The position numbers were made by a program, and so were the translations under genes. Under the pieces are notes generated by a model. The model searched no databases, was not told where the DNA came from, and saw only the letters and a program-made list of their open reading frames with translations. This document shows positions 9,783 through 19,932 of a stretch of 64,000 bases of DNA, in pieces. This DNA comes from Terriglobia bacterium (lineage in GTDB: Bacteria; Acidobacteriota; Terriglobia; JAJPHL01; JAPKYU01), in the NCBI GenBank assembly GCA_965206645.1, contig CBDBKE010000004.1, positions 800,001-864,000 on the forward strand, given 5' to 3'. Position 1 is the stretch's first letter. Each line of letters begins with the position of its first letter.

Positions 9783-10733
9783 ATGGACCCCGAATCGCTG
9801 ACCGTGGCTTTTATGAACGCGGCCACGGACTACCTGATCACCCTGGACCTGCAGGGCCGCGTTGTGTTTGCCAACCGGGCCTTTCGAAACGCTTTTCTGG
9901 AAGGCGCCGAGCCGAAAGGGTTGAATTTTGTCTCCCTGGTGAACGAGGAGTCTGGGCCGCGACTCCAGGAGGCTCTGGCGGCTGCGGATTCCGGCGCCCG
10001 ACAGCTCGAGGTAGTTCACAAAGCTCCCGACGGCAGAATTCACCCGGTGCACTACTCGCTGTGCCGCATGGACCTGGAAGACCTGCACCTGGTGGGGGCC
10101 GTGGGTCGCAACAAGACGGCTGACCTGGAACTGCTAGGCGAAATCACCCAGCTGAACCTCGAGCTGGAAAACAAGCAGAGCGAGCTGGCTGAGGCTTACT
10201 CACGGCTGGAGCAGCTCGCCGTCACCGATCAGATTACCGGCCTCTATAACCGGCACTACTTCTTCACGGTCGTGCAGCACTTCTTCGAGGAGGCACGGCG
10301 CTACGGGCAGGCGCTGATCTGCTTCATGCTGGATGTGGATCATTTCAAATCCATTAATGACACCTACGGCCACATGTTCGGGGATCACGTGCTGGAAACC
10401 ATTGCCGAGCGCCTCAAAGAGGCCACCCGCCGCTCGGACCTGCTGGCCCGATACGGGGGCGAGGAATTCATCCTGGTGGCACCCAATACCGACCTGGCCA
10501 CCGCACAGATGCTGGCCGAGCGGCTCCGCACGTCGATCGAAAGCCAGCCGTTCACCCAGGGGAATACCACAACCAAAGTGACCATCAGTATTGGCCTCGC
10601 GGGCACCGAAGTGGTTCGGGAGGGCCCCTTCGAGCACCTGCTGGATTCCGCTGACCAGGCTCTCTATACCGCCAAGCGCACGGGGCGTAACCGCTGGGTT
10701 GTGTTCAGCCCCGCCGGCGCCGCTACCTCCTGA
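9783..10733 (+). CDS. PAS-coiled coil-GGDEF diguanylate cyclase
   Basis: PAS-like N-terminus, DQITGLYNR, DVDHFKSINDTYGH, RxxD I-site (RRSD), GGEEF. Confidence 0.93.
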   Translation: MDPESLTVAFMNAATDYLITLDLQGRVVFANRAFRNAFLEGAEPKGLNFVSLVNEESGPRLQEALAAADSGARQLEVVHKAPDGRIHPVHYSLCRMDLEDLHLVGAVGRNKTADLELLGEITQLNLELENKQSELAEAYSRLEQLAVTDQITGLYNRHYFFTVVQHFFEEARRYGQALICFMLDVDHFKSINDTYGHMFGDHVLETIAERLKEATRRSDLLARYGGEEFILVAPNTDLATAQMLAERLRTSIESQPFTQGNTTTKVTISIGLAGTEVVREGPFEHLLDSADQALYTAKRTGRNRWVVFSPAGAATS

Positions 10734-10780
10734 TACGCCCTTCTTGCTGTGCCAATATCGGATTTTCGCTCCCAAAGCCG

Positions 10781-10808
10781 GGAACCTTTTGGCCCGTTTG
10801 GGGTCTGT
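10781..10808 (+). promoter_or_regulatory. Putative sigmaE-type ECF autoregulatory promoter
   Basis: GGAACC-N16-GTCT just upstream of the ECF sigma gene. Confidence 0.55.
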
Positions 10809-10858
10809 TAGGAAGAGGGCGCAAGTCGGCAGGAAGAGGCTGGAGCGTTACCGCTGAG

Positions 10859-11620
10859 TTGTACTCCGCCCTCGGAGCTGCTAGAGTAAAGAGAGAAGAA
10901 TTGCTGGGAGAGACGGCATTGGCCGAATGGACCAGCCCGTGGCCGGTGACCGGCGAAGACGCCGAGTTCCTGGCCGGCATGGACGAGAACTCCGAGAGAG
11001 CGTTTGCATGGCTGTTCTCCCAGTACCAAGCGCCCGTCTACAATTTGGTCTATCAGCTTCTCCGTGACCCCAGTGATGCATCCGACACGGTCCAGCAGGT
11101 CTTCCTGAAGATCTTCCGTGGCCTGCGAGGCTTCAAGGGGGATTGTTCTCTAAAAACCTGGATCTACCGCATCGCCGTGAACGAAGCGTCGAACCAGCGG
11201 CGGTGGTGGCGACGCCACCGGTCGCGCGAACTTTCCCTGGATGTTTCTCCGGTATCCACTGGGGAGGAAGGTGAGCAAGCTAACCTGGGTTGCCAGTTAG
11301 TGGATAACTCTCCGTCGCCTTACGAGCAGGTCGCGGGCGCAGAACTGCTCGCCGCCGTGGAATGCGCTCTGGCGGAAGTGCCACTCGCGTTCCGCGCCCC
11401 GGTGGTACTGCGCGACATCGAAGAGCTGAGCTATGAAGAGATTGCCAAAGTGTTGGAGGTTCGGGTCGGTACCGTAAAATCCAGGTTGGCACGGGGCCGC
11501 GAGGCTTTGCGCTCCAAGCTGTCGCGCTACCTGGAACGCGCTGAGCCCTGCCAGGAACTCGAAGAAACGGGCTCACAAAGGACCACGCCATGGAAAGTAC
11601 CCGCACGAGTGAGTGCCTGA
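10859..11620 (+). CDS. ECF RNA polymerase sigma-70 factor (start uncertain)
   Basis: DASDTVQQVFLK, LKTWIYRIAVN, LRDIEELSYEEIA...GTVKSRLARGR. Confidence 0.92.
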   Translation: MYSALGAARVKREELLGETALAEWTSPWPVTGEDAEFLAGMDENSERAFAWLFSQYQAPVYNLVYQLLRDPSDASDTVQQVFLKIFRGLRGFKGDCSLKTWIYRIAVNEASNQRRWWRRHRSRELSLDVSPVSTGEEGEQANLGCQLVDNSPSPYEQVAGAELLAAVECALAEVPLAFRAPVVLRDIEELSYEEIAKVLEVRVGTVKSRLARGREALRSKLSRYLERAEPCQELEETGSQRTTPWKVPARVSA

Positions 11621-12273
11621 AGTGCCCCGAGGTTCGCGCGGATCTCTCCGCGCTCGCCGATGATGCGCTGGACGCAAACCGCTCGGTCCGACTGCGGCAG
11701 CATCTCGACGCCTGCCGGACCTGCGCCACGGAGTGGCGCCAACTGGTTCACCTGAAAAAGGTGTTGCGCGTTGTCCACCGTGTGACTCCTCCGCCCGATC
11801 TGGCCCTGGCCCTGAGAGTGCGTCTCTCCCAGCAGACCCATTCGCACTTCGCCGACCAGCTGATGGTGCGGTTACGAAACCTGATGGAGCCGGTAGCCAT
11901 TCCCGCTGTGGCGGGCTTGTGTTCGGCACTGGTGCTGTTCGGCATCTTAATTCACAGCCTCGCCATCCCCACCCTGGCGTTCACCGATGATGTCCCGTTG
12001 CGTCTGAGCACCGGGCCCCGGCTGAAATCCACGGCGCCTTTCAGCTTCAGTGCTGGCGAGCCAGGGTTGTTCGTCGAGATCTATGTAGACAAGCGGGGCG
12101 ACGTGGCGGATTTTCGCGTGTTGAACGGACCCCATGACCCGGCCCTAATCGCCAAGCTGCGCAACTTCCTTCTGTTTACCCGATTCGACCCGGCTACCTC
12201 TTTCGGCCGTCCCCGCGATGGAAAGGCCGTCTTCAACTTCAGTCGCATCAGTAGCATCTTGGTGAAGGGCTAG
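11590..12273 (+). CDS. Zinc-finger (ZAS) anti-sigma factor with TM helix and TonB-C-like C-terminal domain
   Basis: HLDACRTC (HxxxCxxC), one TM segment, VEIYVDKRGDV...TRFDPATSFGRP. Confidence 0.8.
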   Translation: MESTRTSECLKCPEVRADLSALADDALDANRSVRLRQHLDACRTCATEWRQLVHLKKVLRVVHRVTPPPDLALALRVRLSQQTHSHFADQLMVRLRNLMEPVAIPAVAGLCSALVLFGILIHSLAIPTLAFTDDVPLRLSTGPRLKSTAPFSFSAGEPGLFVEIYVDKRGDVADFRVLNGPHDPALIAKLRNFLLFTRFDPATSFGRPRDGKAVFNFSRISSILVKG

Positions 12274-12459
12274 CCCCGATTTTTCACGAGGGCACCTCTT
12301 GCTCCGCCGTCGCGGTGGCGCAAGTGCTCTTGCCGTTGCCGTTCCAATTTCGCCATGCCTCAGAATTGAAGAGCACAAAGGCCAGATTTGAAGGGCAAAA
12401 AGGAAAGACGGGCATTGAAATCCAGTCTATAATCGCGACGAAAGGAAGGGTAGCGGGTC

Positions 12460-13494
12460 ATGAAGCAGAAATTGGCGCGAGTGGCTGGTGTATTGCTCTG
12501 CGCCGGTGTCCTCCTGGGGGCTTACTATCGCAGCGGGCCCGGCGAGGTGATGGCCAGTGCGGCTAACAACTTCCTGGCCTCGTTGTCCGCGGAGCAAAGG
12601 GCTAAGGCAGTCTTCCCGTTTGAAACCGAGGAACGCACCAACTGGCACTATATTCCCCGGACCCGTAAGGGGATGGCATTCAAGGACATGGACGCCTCGC
12701 AGCGCTACTTGGCGCACGCCCTGCTCAGCGCCGGACTGAGCCGACGCGGCTACCTCAAGGCCACCACCATTATGAGCCTGGAAAAGATCCTGCACGATCA
12801 GGAGCAGGGCCAGGGGCCGGGGCGCGATTCGGCACTCTATTTCTTCAGTGTCTTTGGTGACCCTTCCGAGACGGCCGCTTGGGGCTGGCGGGTGGAAGGG
12901 CATCACCTGTCGTTAAATTTCACGCTGGTCAGCGGCCAGCCGATCGCCTGGGCGCCATCATTTTTCGGCGCCAACCCGGCAGAAGTCAAGCACGGATCGA
13001 GGAAGGGCCTGCGCACACTGGCGCGCGAAGAGGATCTGGCGCGGGAGCTGTTGAAGTTGCTCGACCCTAAGCTACAGGAGATCGCAGTCATTGACCGCAC
13101 CGCACCGCGCGACATCCTCACCCGCGCCGACCGCCGGGTCAAGATCGGCTCTCCTAAAGGGTTGGCAATGACCCGAATGGACACGAAGCAGAAAGAGCTG
13201 CTCACCGCGTTGCTGGAGGAGTACGCCAGCAACATGCCTGAGGAACTGGCCCAGGCCCGGATGGATCGCTTGCGCAAGGCCGGGCTGGAGAAAGTTCATT
13301 TTGCCTGGGCCGGAGGCTCGGAAACCGGGCACCCGCACTACTACCGGATCCAAGGCCCCACGTTCCTGATCGAATACGACAACATACAGAACGACGCCAA
13401 CCACATTCACTCGGTCTGGCGCGATTTCCAAGGCGACTTTGGCCGCAACCTGCTGTCCGCCCACTATCGCCACTCCCACCGCGCGGCTGACTAG
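12460..13494 (+). CDS. DUF3500 domain protein
   Basis: WHYIPR, WGWRVEGHHLSLN, HYYRIQGPTFLIEYDN, NHIHSVWRD..GDFG. Confidence 0.85.
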   Translation: MKQKLARVAGVLLCAGVLLGAYYRSGPGEVMASAANNFLASLSAEQRAKAVFPFETEERTNWHYIPRTRKGMAFKDMDASQRYLAHALLSAGLSRRGYLKATTIMSLEKILHDQEQGQGPGRDSALYFFSVFGDPSETAAWGWRVEGHHLSLNFTLVSGQPIAWAPSFFGANPAEVKHGSRKGLRTLAREEDLARELLKLLDPKLQEIAVIDRTAPRDILTRADRRVKIGSPKGLAMTRMDTKQKELLTALLEEYASNMPEELAQARMDRLRKAGLEKVHFAWAGGSETGHPHYYRIQGPTFLIEYDNIQNDANHIHSVWRDFQGDFGRNLLSAHYRHSHRAAD

Positions 13495-13605
13495 CGCTTG
13501 CGGCTGACTGGCCGGAATTTACTGAATGCCGCGCTAGGATGCCACCGGGAATCCGCTCGACCCGACAACTGGGCGCGATGCTCCGCTTGCAGCTAGAATA
13601 GGAGC

Positions 13606-14418
13606 ATGCACGCCCCGGCCACGACGCAGCCGATTCAGAGCCGCCACAACCAACAGGTAAAAAAGCTGCGCCAGGCGCTGGCGCGTGGTGAGCGGACGCC
13701 GGAAGGGTTCCTGGCGATAGACACCTTCCACCTGCTGGAAGAAGCGCTCAGCAGCGGGGTGCCTGTCCGGCAAGTGTTCTTTACCGAGGCAGCCGAAGCT
13801 CAGTTGTGCCGGCTGCTGGATCACCACGGCACCAGGCCGCGGATGTGTCGCCTGGCCGCCAGGATCTTCGAAAGCATTTCAGTCACGCCGGCCGCCCAGG
13901 GAGTGGCAGCGTTGGTGCAACCTCGGTCGTGGCTCTCGGAGCAGCTATTCAACCCCGCGCCTGCACTGGTCGTGGTTCTGGCCGGGGTGCAGGATCCTGG
14001 GAACGCCGGCACTCTAATACGCACCGCTGAGGCCTTCGGGGCGACCGGCGCGCTGCTGTTGCAGGGGACCGTGCGTCCGGAAAACCCCAAGCTGTTGCGG
14101 GCTTCGGCCGGCTCGGCGTTCCGCCTGCCCCACCGGCATGGGTTGAGCTATGGACGGGCACTGGAGCTGCTCCGCCGCCACGGTGTGCATCTGTACGCGG
14201 CGGTCGCTGGCGCGCGCCAGCCGTTGGACGAAGTGGATTTCCGCAGCCCGCTAGCGGTGGCCATCGGGGCGGAAGGCACCGGGATGCCCGAGCCGATTCT
14301 GGCTGCAGCCCACCCGGTGTCGATTCCCCACGCGTCGAGGGTGGAGTCGTTAAATGCCGCCGTGGCCGCCGGCATCTTTCTTTACCGGGCCGCCGCCGCC
14401 CGCGGCACCTCTGGCTGA
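13606..14418 (+). CDS. TrmH/SpoU family RNA methyltransferase
   Basis: QDPGNAGTLIRTA, GAEGTG, VESLNAAVAA. Confidence 0.9.
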   Translation: MHAPATTQPIQSRHNQQVKKLRQALARGERTPEGFLAIDTFHLLEEALSSGVPVRQVFFTEAAEAQLCRLLDHHGTRPRMCRLAARIFESISVTPAAQGVAALVQPRSWLSEQLFNPAPALVVVLAGVQDPGNAGTLIRTAEAFGATGALLLQGTVRPENPKLLRASAGSAFRLPHRHGLSYGRALELLRRHGVHLYAAVAGARQPLDEVDFRSPLAVAIGAEGTGMPEPILAAAHPVSIPHASRVESLNAAVAAGIFLYRAAAARGTSG

Positions 14419-14480
14419 CTCCTTGAATCATGAGGGGAGTGGCGCTAACGAACCGCTGAAACCGTCAGGCAATTCCAGCG

Positions 14481-15821
14481 ATGGGCTTGTTTCGACAACT
14501 CGACGAAGACCTGGAGCGCCAGAAGCCGCGGCCGATGGCGGACCGCATGCGTCCGGAGTCGCTGGAGGAGATCGTGGGCCAGGAGCACATGCTGGCCCCC
14601 GGCAAGCCGCTACGCACCCAGATCGAGAAAGACCAAGTGTCCTCGGTGATCTTCTGGGGGCCTCCCGGCTCGGGCAAGACTACGCTGGCTCGCGTGATGG
14701 CCCAGTTGAGTCAGAGCCAGTTCGTCAATTTCAGCGCGGTCTTGAGCGGGATCAAGGAAATCAAGGCGGTCATGGTGGAAGCCGAGCGCGCTCGCCGGCA
14801 CGGGCACCGCACCATCCTGTTCATAGATGAAATCCATCGCTTCAACAAGGCCCAGCAGGACGCCTTCCTGCCGTACGTGGAGAAGGGCGACATCATCTTG
14901 ATCGGGGCGACCACGGAGAATCCATCGTTTGAGGTGATCTCGGCCCTGCTCTCCCGCAGCCGGGTGTACGCGCTGAACCCGCTGCGGGTGGAGGAAATCC
15001 TGGTGCTGCTGGGGCGGGCACTGGGCGACGAGCGCCGCGGCCTCGGGAAGCTGAGTGCGGAAATCTCCGAAGAGCTGCTGCACCAGATCGCGGTTTTTGC
15101 CAACGGCGACGCCCGCGCTGCTTACAACGCCCTGGAGGCGGCGGTGCTGGCCACTCCAGCCGGGCCTGAGGGTCAGATCACCGTGTCGCCCCAAATTGTC
15201 GCAGATGCCCTCCAGCGCAAGGTACTGCCCTATGACAAGGCGGGCGAGCAGCACTACAACCTGATCTCCGCCCTGCACAAGTCTGTGCGCAATAGCGATC
15301 CCGATGCAGCCATTTACTGGCTGGCGCGGATGCTGGAAGCGGGCGAGGATCCGCTCTACCTGGCGCGCCGCCTGATTCGCATGGCCAGCGAAGACATCGG
15401 GATGGCCGACCCGCAGGCGCTGCCGGTGACGGTGGCCGCCATGCAGGCGGTGCACTTCGTGGGAATGCCCGAGGGAAACCTGGCGCTGGCCGAGGCCGCC
15501 GTGTATCTGGCACTAGCGCCCAAGTCCAATGCGCTGTACGCCGGCTACAACGCCGTGCGGCAGGACGTGGAGCGGACGGTGGCCGAGCCGGTCCCCCTCC
15601 ATTTGCGCAATGCCGCCACCCCGTTGATGCAGCAGTTCGGCTACGGCAAAGGCTACCAGTATGCGCACGACCTGGAGGAGCGGGTAGCCACGGACATGCC
15701 CTGCTTGCCCGAGAACCTGGCCGGCCGCCAATACTACACTCCCAGCAGCGAAGGGCTGGAGGCGCAATTTCGCCACAGGCTGGAGCAGATCCGCCAACGG
15801 CGCAAAACCGCCAAACGCTGA
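14481..15821 (+). CDS. rarA: Replication-associated recombination protein A
   Basis: [52 protein letters not shown]. Confidence 0.95.
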   Translation: MGLFRQLDEDLERQKPRPMADRMRPESLEEIVGQEHMLAPGKPLRTQIEKDQVSSVIFWGPPGSGKTTLARVMAQLSQSQFVNFSAVLSGIKEIKAVMVEAERARRHGHRTILFIDEIHRFNKAQQDAFLPYVEKGDIILIGATTENPSFEVISALLSRSRVYALNPLRVEEILVLLGRALGDERRGLGKLSAEISEELLHQIAVFANGDARAAYNALEAAVLATPAGPEGQITVSPQIVADALQRKVLPYDKAGEQHYNLISALHKSVRNSDPDAAIYWLARMLEAGEDPLYLARRLIRMASEDIGMADPQALPVTVAAMQAVHFVGMPEGNLALAEAAVYLALAPKSNALYAGYNAVRQDVERTVAEPVPLHLRNAATPLMQQFGYGKGYQYAHDLEERVATDMPCLPENLAGRQYYTPSSEGLEAQFRHRLEQIRQRRKTAKR

Positions 15822-15900
15822 AGGTGGCTGTGTTAGAGTAGCTTCCGGACAGGGCCAAGTAGCCATCGGCCAACTTTTAGGAAAGGAGAATGATTCGCCG

Positions 15901-16377
15901 ATGAAAGGAAATGCCAAAGTCATGGAGGTGTTGCAAGAGGCGCTGAAGGCGGAGTTGACCGCGATTAACCAGTATTTCGTCCACGCGGAGATGTGCGAGA
16001 ACTGGGGATACCATCGTCTGTCCGAGGTTACCAAGAAGGAAGCCATTGATGAGATGAAGCACGCCGAGAAGTTGATCGAGCGCATCCTGTTCCTGGAAGC
16101 GGTGCCAAATATGACTTTTTTCAAGATCAAGATTGGCGAAACTGTCCAAAAGCAGCTAGAAAACGACCTGGCGCTTGAAATTGACGCAGTCCGCCGCTAC
16201 AACGAAGGCATCCAGATCTGCCGCCAGCAGGGCGATAACGGCTCCCGCGATCTGATCCAGCAACTTCTCGAAAACGAAGAAACACACGTGGACTTTTTGG
16301 AAACGCAGCTCCACCTGATCGGTGAGGTTGGACTCGACAACTATTTGAGCGAGCAGATGGGCGGGAATGAATCGTAA
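15901..16377 (+). CDS. bfr: Bacterioferritin
   Basis: MKG...ELTAINQYFVH...EMKHAEKLIERILFLE...EETHVDFLE. Confidence 0.95.
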   Translation: MKGNAKVMEVLQEALKAELTAINQYFVHAEMCENWGYHRLSEVTKKEAIDEMKHAEKLIERILFLEAVPNMTFFKIKIGETVQKQLENDLALEIDAVRRYNEGIQICRQQGDNGSRDLIQQLLENEETHVDFLETQLHLIGEVGLDNYLSEQMGGNES

Positions 16378-16386
16378 AAGAAATTG

Positions 16387-17430
16387 ATGAAACAACCGAC
16401 CCCACGCAAGATATTGGTCACAGATCATGCCTGGCCAACCCTGGCCCTGGAACAACAAGTCTTGGGACGCGTGAACGCGCGCCTGGTGGAGGCAAGAACC
16501 GGCTCCGAGGAAGAGCTGGTGGAGCTGGCGCCCGAGGCGGCCGGCATCCTGACCTGCTGGAAGCCGGTCACCCGGCGAGTGATTGAACAGGCCACGGGAT
16601 GTCTGGCCATCGCCCGTTATGGCATCGGTCTGGACAACATCGATGTTCCGTGTGCCACGGAGCACGGTATCGTGGTGACCAACGTTCCCAGCTATTGCCG
16701 GGATGAGGTCGCCGAGCACGCCCTGTCCCTAATTCTGGCCTGCGCACGCAAAGTCGCGGCTTTCGACAGCTCCAACAAAGCTGGGGTGTACAACCTTAGA
16801 GCCCAGGCGCCCATCTATCGCATCCGGGGAAAGACCCTGGGCATCGTCGGCTTTGGTCAGATTGGCAGGACGTTGTTTCAGAAAGCTTCCGGGCTGGGTA
16901 TGCAAACCCTGGTTTATGACGTGGTCCCTGTGCCTGCCTCCCTGGAGCGCAAGGTGAAGGCGGTTGCGTTGGAGGAACTGCTAGCAAGCAGTGATTTCAT
17001 TTCCCTCCACGTACCCCTGCTCCCGCAAACCCGGAACTTGATGAGACTCGAGACCTTTCGGAAAATGAAGCCCACCGCCTTCCTGGTCAATACCTGTCGC
17101 GGTGAGGTCATAGACGGCTCCGCGTTGATCCAGGCTCTAGACGAAGGGCTGATTGCCGGGGCCGCCCTTGACGTCTTTCCTCAGGAGCCGCCGCCGCCCG
17201 ACTCGCCGTTGCTGCGGCATCCGAAGATCATTGCCACCCCGCACGCCTCCTTCTATTCGGAGGAATCCCTGCAGGAGTTACAGGAAACTGCGGCGACGCA
17301 AATGGCAGACGTGCTGAGGGGCAAGCTTCCCCGCTGGATTGTCAATCAAGGAGTTCTATCCCAATCCAATCTCCGAGCTTCTTTCAGGAAAAGAAAAGCA
17401 GCGACCCGGTCTCATTCATCCACCGGGTGA
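16387..17430 (+). CDS. D-isomer-specific 2-hydroxyacid dehydrogenase (CtBP/PGDH-like)
   Basis: RYGIGLDNID, GIVGFGQIG, VNTCRG, ALDVFPQEP, TPHASFYS. Confidence 0.9.
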   Translation: MKQPTPRKILVTDHAWPTLALEQQVLGRVNARLVEARTGSEEELVELAPEAAGILTCWKPVTRRVIEQATGCLAIARYGIGLDNIDVPCATEHGIVVTNVPSYCRDEVAEHALSLILACARKVAAFDSSNKAGVYNLRAQAPIYRIRGKTLGIVGFGQIGRTLFQKASGLGMQTLVYDVVPVPASLERKVKAVALEELLASSDFISLHVPLLPQTRNLMRLETFRKMKPTAFLVNTCRGEVIDGSALIQALDEGLIAGAALDVFPQEPPPPDSPLLRHPKIIATPHASFYSEESLQELQETAATQMADVLRGKLPRWIVNQGVLSQSNLRASFRKRKAATRSHSSTG

Positions 17431-17587
17431 ATTCCCGACCCTACAGCGCGTTTAGAAATCTGGAACGTAGGACCAGCTTCCGGCTCCAATCCGTGGCTGC
17501 TTTCTTCCACCCACGATCTGACAAACCAACGGCCCATCGCGTCGGAGAGGTTAAAACCCTGGGTTGACAAGACGGCACCGATCGGGC

Positions 17588-18424
17588 ATGTTGACCAGCG
17601 CGAATCGTCTGGAGGGCGCTGTGAAATGGATACGTGAAAGAGCGTTGCGTGGAGAGTTGCTGGCTGGCACCTTTCTTAATCTGGGTTCCAGCCTGACGGC
17701 GGAAATCGCCGGGCGAGCTGGGCTGGATTGGGTCGTGATTGACCTCGAGCATGGTGCCGGCGACCGACAGAATCTGCTGCTTCAATTGCAGGCCCTGGAA
17801 GGCACCACGACCGTGCCGCTGGTGCGCGTGCCGTGGAATGACCTGGTGTGGTTCAAGCGAGTGCTCGACCTGGGAGCTTCCGGCGTGATGGTGCCGTGGG
17901 TGAATTCCGCCGAGGAAGCCCGGCGCGCGGTCGCGGCCAGGCGTTTCCCGCCGCAGGGGACGCGGGGCGTGGCCTCCTCGAACCGGGCGTCCGCATTTGG
18001 TGCCGACTTTGACGCCTACTTTCGCTCCGCCAACGACCAGTTGCTGCTCGCAGCCCAGATCGAAACTCGCCAGGCGCTAGAGTCGGTCGAGGAGATCGCA
18101 GCGGTCGACGGTGTGGACGTACTGTTCGTCGGTCCGCTGGACCTGAGCGTCAGTCTGGGCGTCCCGCGCCAGCTCGCCCATCCCGACATGCGCGCGGCCA
18201 AGGCAAGAGTGGTCGAGGCATGCCGCCGGGCAGGCAAGGCGGCGGGGATCTTGATAGCGCAGGAGAAGGAAATCCAGGAAACCGTTGACAGCGGTTTTTC
18301 GTTTGTCGGCCTCAGCTCAGATGGCGCCGTCGTGTTGCAGGGAATGAACCGGATCGTCGCCACGTTTCAGACCGCGTTTCAGAAGATGAAGGGCAGCAAG
18401 GGCGGGCCGCCGCCGTCTGCCTGA
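17588..18424 (+). CDS. HpcH/HpaI aldolase family protein
   Basis: IDLEHG, PPQGTRG, QIET, FVGPLDL. Confidence 0.9.
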   Translation: MLTSANRLEGAVKWIRERALRGELLAGTFLNLGSSLTAEIAGRAGLDWVVIDLEHGAGDRQNLLLQLQALEGTTTVPLVRVPWNDLVWFKRVLDLGASGVMVPWVNSAEEARRAVAARRFPPQGTRGVASSNRASAFGADFDAYFRSANDQLLLAAQIETRQALESVEEIAAVDGVDVLFVGPLDLSVSLGVPRQLAHPDMRAAKARVVEACRRAGKAAGILIAQEKEIQETVDSGFSFVGLSSDGAVVLQGMNRIVATFQTAFQKMKGSKGGPPPSA

Positions 18425-18438
18425 ATTTCTACACCTTT

Positions 18439-18477
18439 CTTACCTCTGGTCTTACCACTGGGTCTTACCATTGGTCT
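18439..18477. repeat. Imperfect tandem repeat, 3 x ~12 bp CTTACC(T/A)(C/T)TGGT
   Basis: Read directly between convergent genes. Confidence 0.75.
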
Positions 18478-18579
18478 GAACACTCGATCAATCCGGCCCG
18501 CGTAAGCGTGGTTGTGTCTCAGGAACCTTGCGTGGAACTTGTCTGGGAAGCAGGGGAAGGACCGCGCAGAGGGCGCCGT

Positions 18580-18987
18580 TCAGTCCTGGCGCTTGCGGTG
18601 TTCCTTGAGCGTGCAGTGGTCCATCACCACCAGCAAGCCAGCGCGGCGGGCTCGTTCGGCGGCTTCCGGATCTTCGACGCCCTCCTGCATCCAGACAGCG
18701 CTGGCGCCGATGCGGATGGCAGAATCCACAATCGGCCCCGCGTGCTCTGAGCGACGGAAGATGTTCACCAGGTCCACCTTTTCCGGCACATCTTCCAGGC
18801 GGGCATAGCTTTTCTCTCCCAGCACTTGGGTTTCGTGTGGGTTGACGGGAATAATGCGGTACCCGGCGCGCTGCATGTATTCCGACACACCGAAGCTGGG
18901 CCTGTGAGGTTTGCCGGAGAGCCCGATCACGGCGATCGTGCGACAGCTGCTGAGGATTTCGTCAATCTCCCGGTCCAGGTTGCGCAT
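18580..18987 (-). CDS. CoA-binding protein (YccU family)
   Basis: IAVIGLS..PHRPS, IIPVNP, VNIFRRSE, VWMQEG, VVMDHC. Confidence 0.9.
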   Translation of the reverse strand: MRNLDREIDEILSSCRTIAVIGLSGKPHRPSFGVSEYMQRAGYRIIPVNPHETQVLGEKSYARLEDVPEKVDLVNIFRRSEHAGPIVDSAIRIGASAVWMQEGVEDPEAAERARRAGLLVVMDHCTLKEHRKRQD

Positions 18988-19058
18988 GCTTTCCCTAGGC
19001 GAACATGGCCTCCATCTCGCAGCAGAAAACTGCCCTCGGTGGTGAGGCTTTCCGGCCC

Positions 19059-19838
19059 TTAGACGGCGGCCCTGCTCGCCCGGCTACCTTCTTGGTGGGC
19101 CCGTCCCCGCGCCGCTGCCTTCCCGGGCAGAATGCGCCGAAAGCGTTCCACTTCCCGCGGCGTCAGACTCCGGTATTCCCCCATCGGCAGGTCGTCCAGC
19201 TTCAGGAAACCGATTTGGACGCGCCTCAGCTTTTCCACCAGATGGCCAACGCTGCCGAACATGCGACGGATCTGGTTCTGACGGCCCTCGGTCAGCTCAA
19301 CCTCATACCAAGGGTTGGAGGTATCGCGCAGCGAGCGAATCTTGGCCGGCGCCGTTAACCGTCCGCCTAGCCACACGCCCCGGCGCAGCTTCTCCAGTTC
19401 AGTCGGCGCCAGCCGCCCGTCGACCTTGACCCAATAGGTCTTGGGCACGTGAGCGCTGGCGGACATAATCAGGTTGGCGAACTCGCCGTCGTTGGTGAAC
19501 AGCAGCAGGCCCTCGGAGTGGTAATCCAGGCGCCCGACCGGGTAGACACGTGTTGGAATACCTCGCAGCAGGTCGGTCACTTTCCGCCGACCCTGGGGAT
19601 CGAACAGGGTGGTGACGTAGCCGCGGGGCTTGTTCAGCATCAAGTAGAACTGCCGCCGGGGCAAGCGTACCAGGCGCCCGTCCACCTTCACATGATCGCG
19701 CCCGATATCGGCCTTGGAACCCAGTTCGCGGATCACCGCCCCGTTGACGGTGACGCGCCCTTCGAGGATGTACTGCTCCGCCTTGCGCCGGCTGGTGATG
19801 CCGGCGCGGGAGAGAGCTTTTTGCAGTCGCTCCTGCAT
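19059..19838 (-). CDS. rluB: rRNA pseudouridine synthase (RluB/RsuA family)
   Basis: S4 domain ERLQK..SRRKAE, PVGRLDYHSEGLLL, EGRQNQIRRMF; follows scpAB. Confidence 0.9.
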   Translation of the reverse strand: MQERLQKALSRAGITSRRKAEQYILEGRVTVNGAVIRELGSKADIGRDHVKVDGRLVRLPRRQFYLMLNKPRGYVTTLFDPQGRRKVTDLLRGIPTRVYPVGRLDYHSEGLLLFTNDGEFANLIMSASAHVPKTYWVKVDGRLAPTELEKLRRGVWLGGRLTAPAKIRSLRDTSNPWYEVELTEGRQNQIRRMFGSVGHLVEKLRRVQIGFLKLDDLPMGEYRSLTPREVERFRRILPGKAAARGRAHQEGSRASRAAV

Positions 19839-19932
19839 TAACACCTTAATCAACAAGTGCTAGACACCACCGACCACGTGTCCATGGAAGGTGTCATGCT
19901 CCGAAAACCGAGGCGCGACAGCGGGAGCTTCC

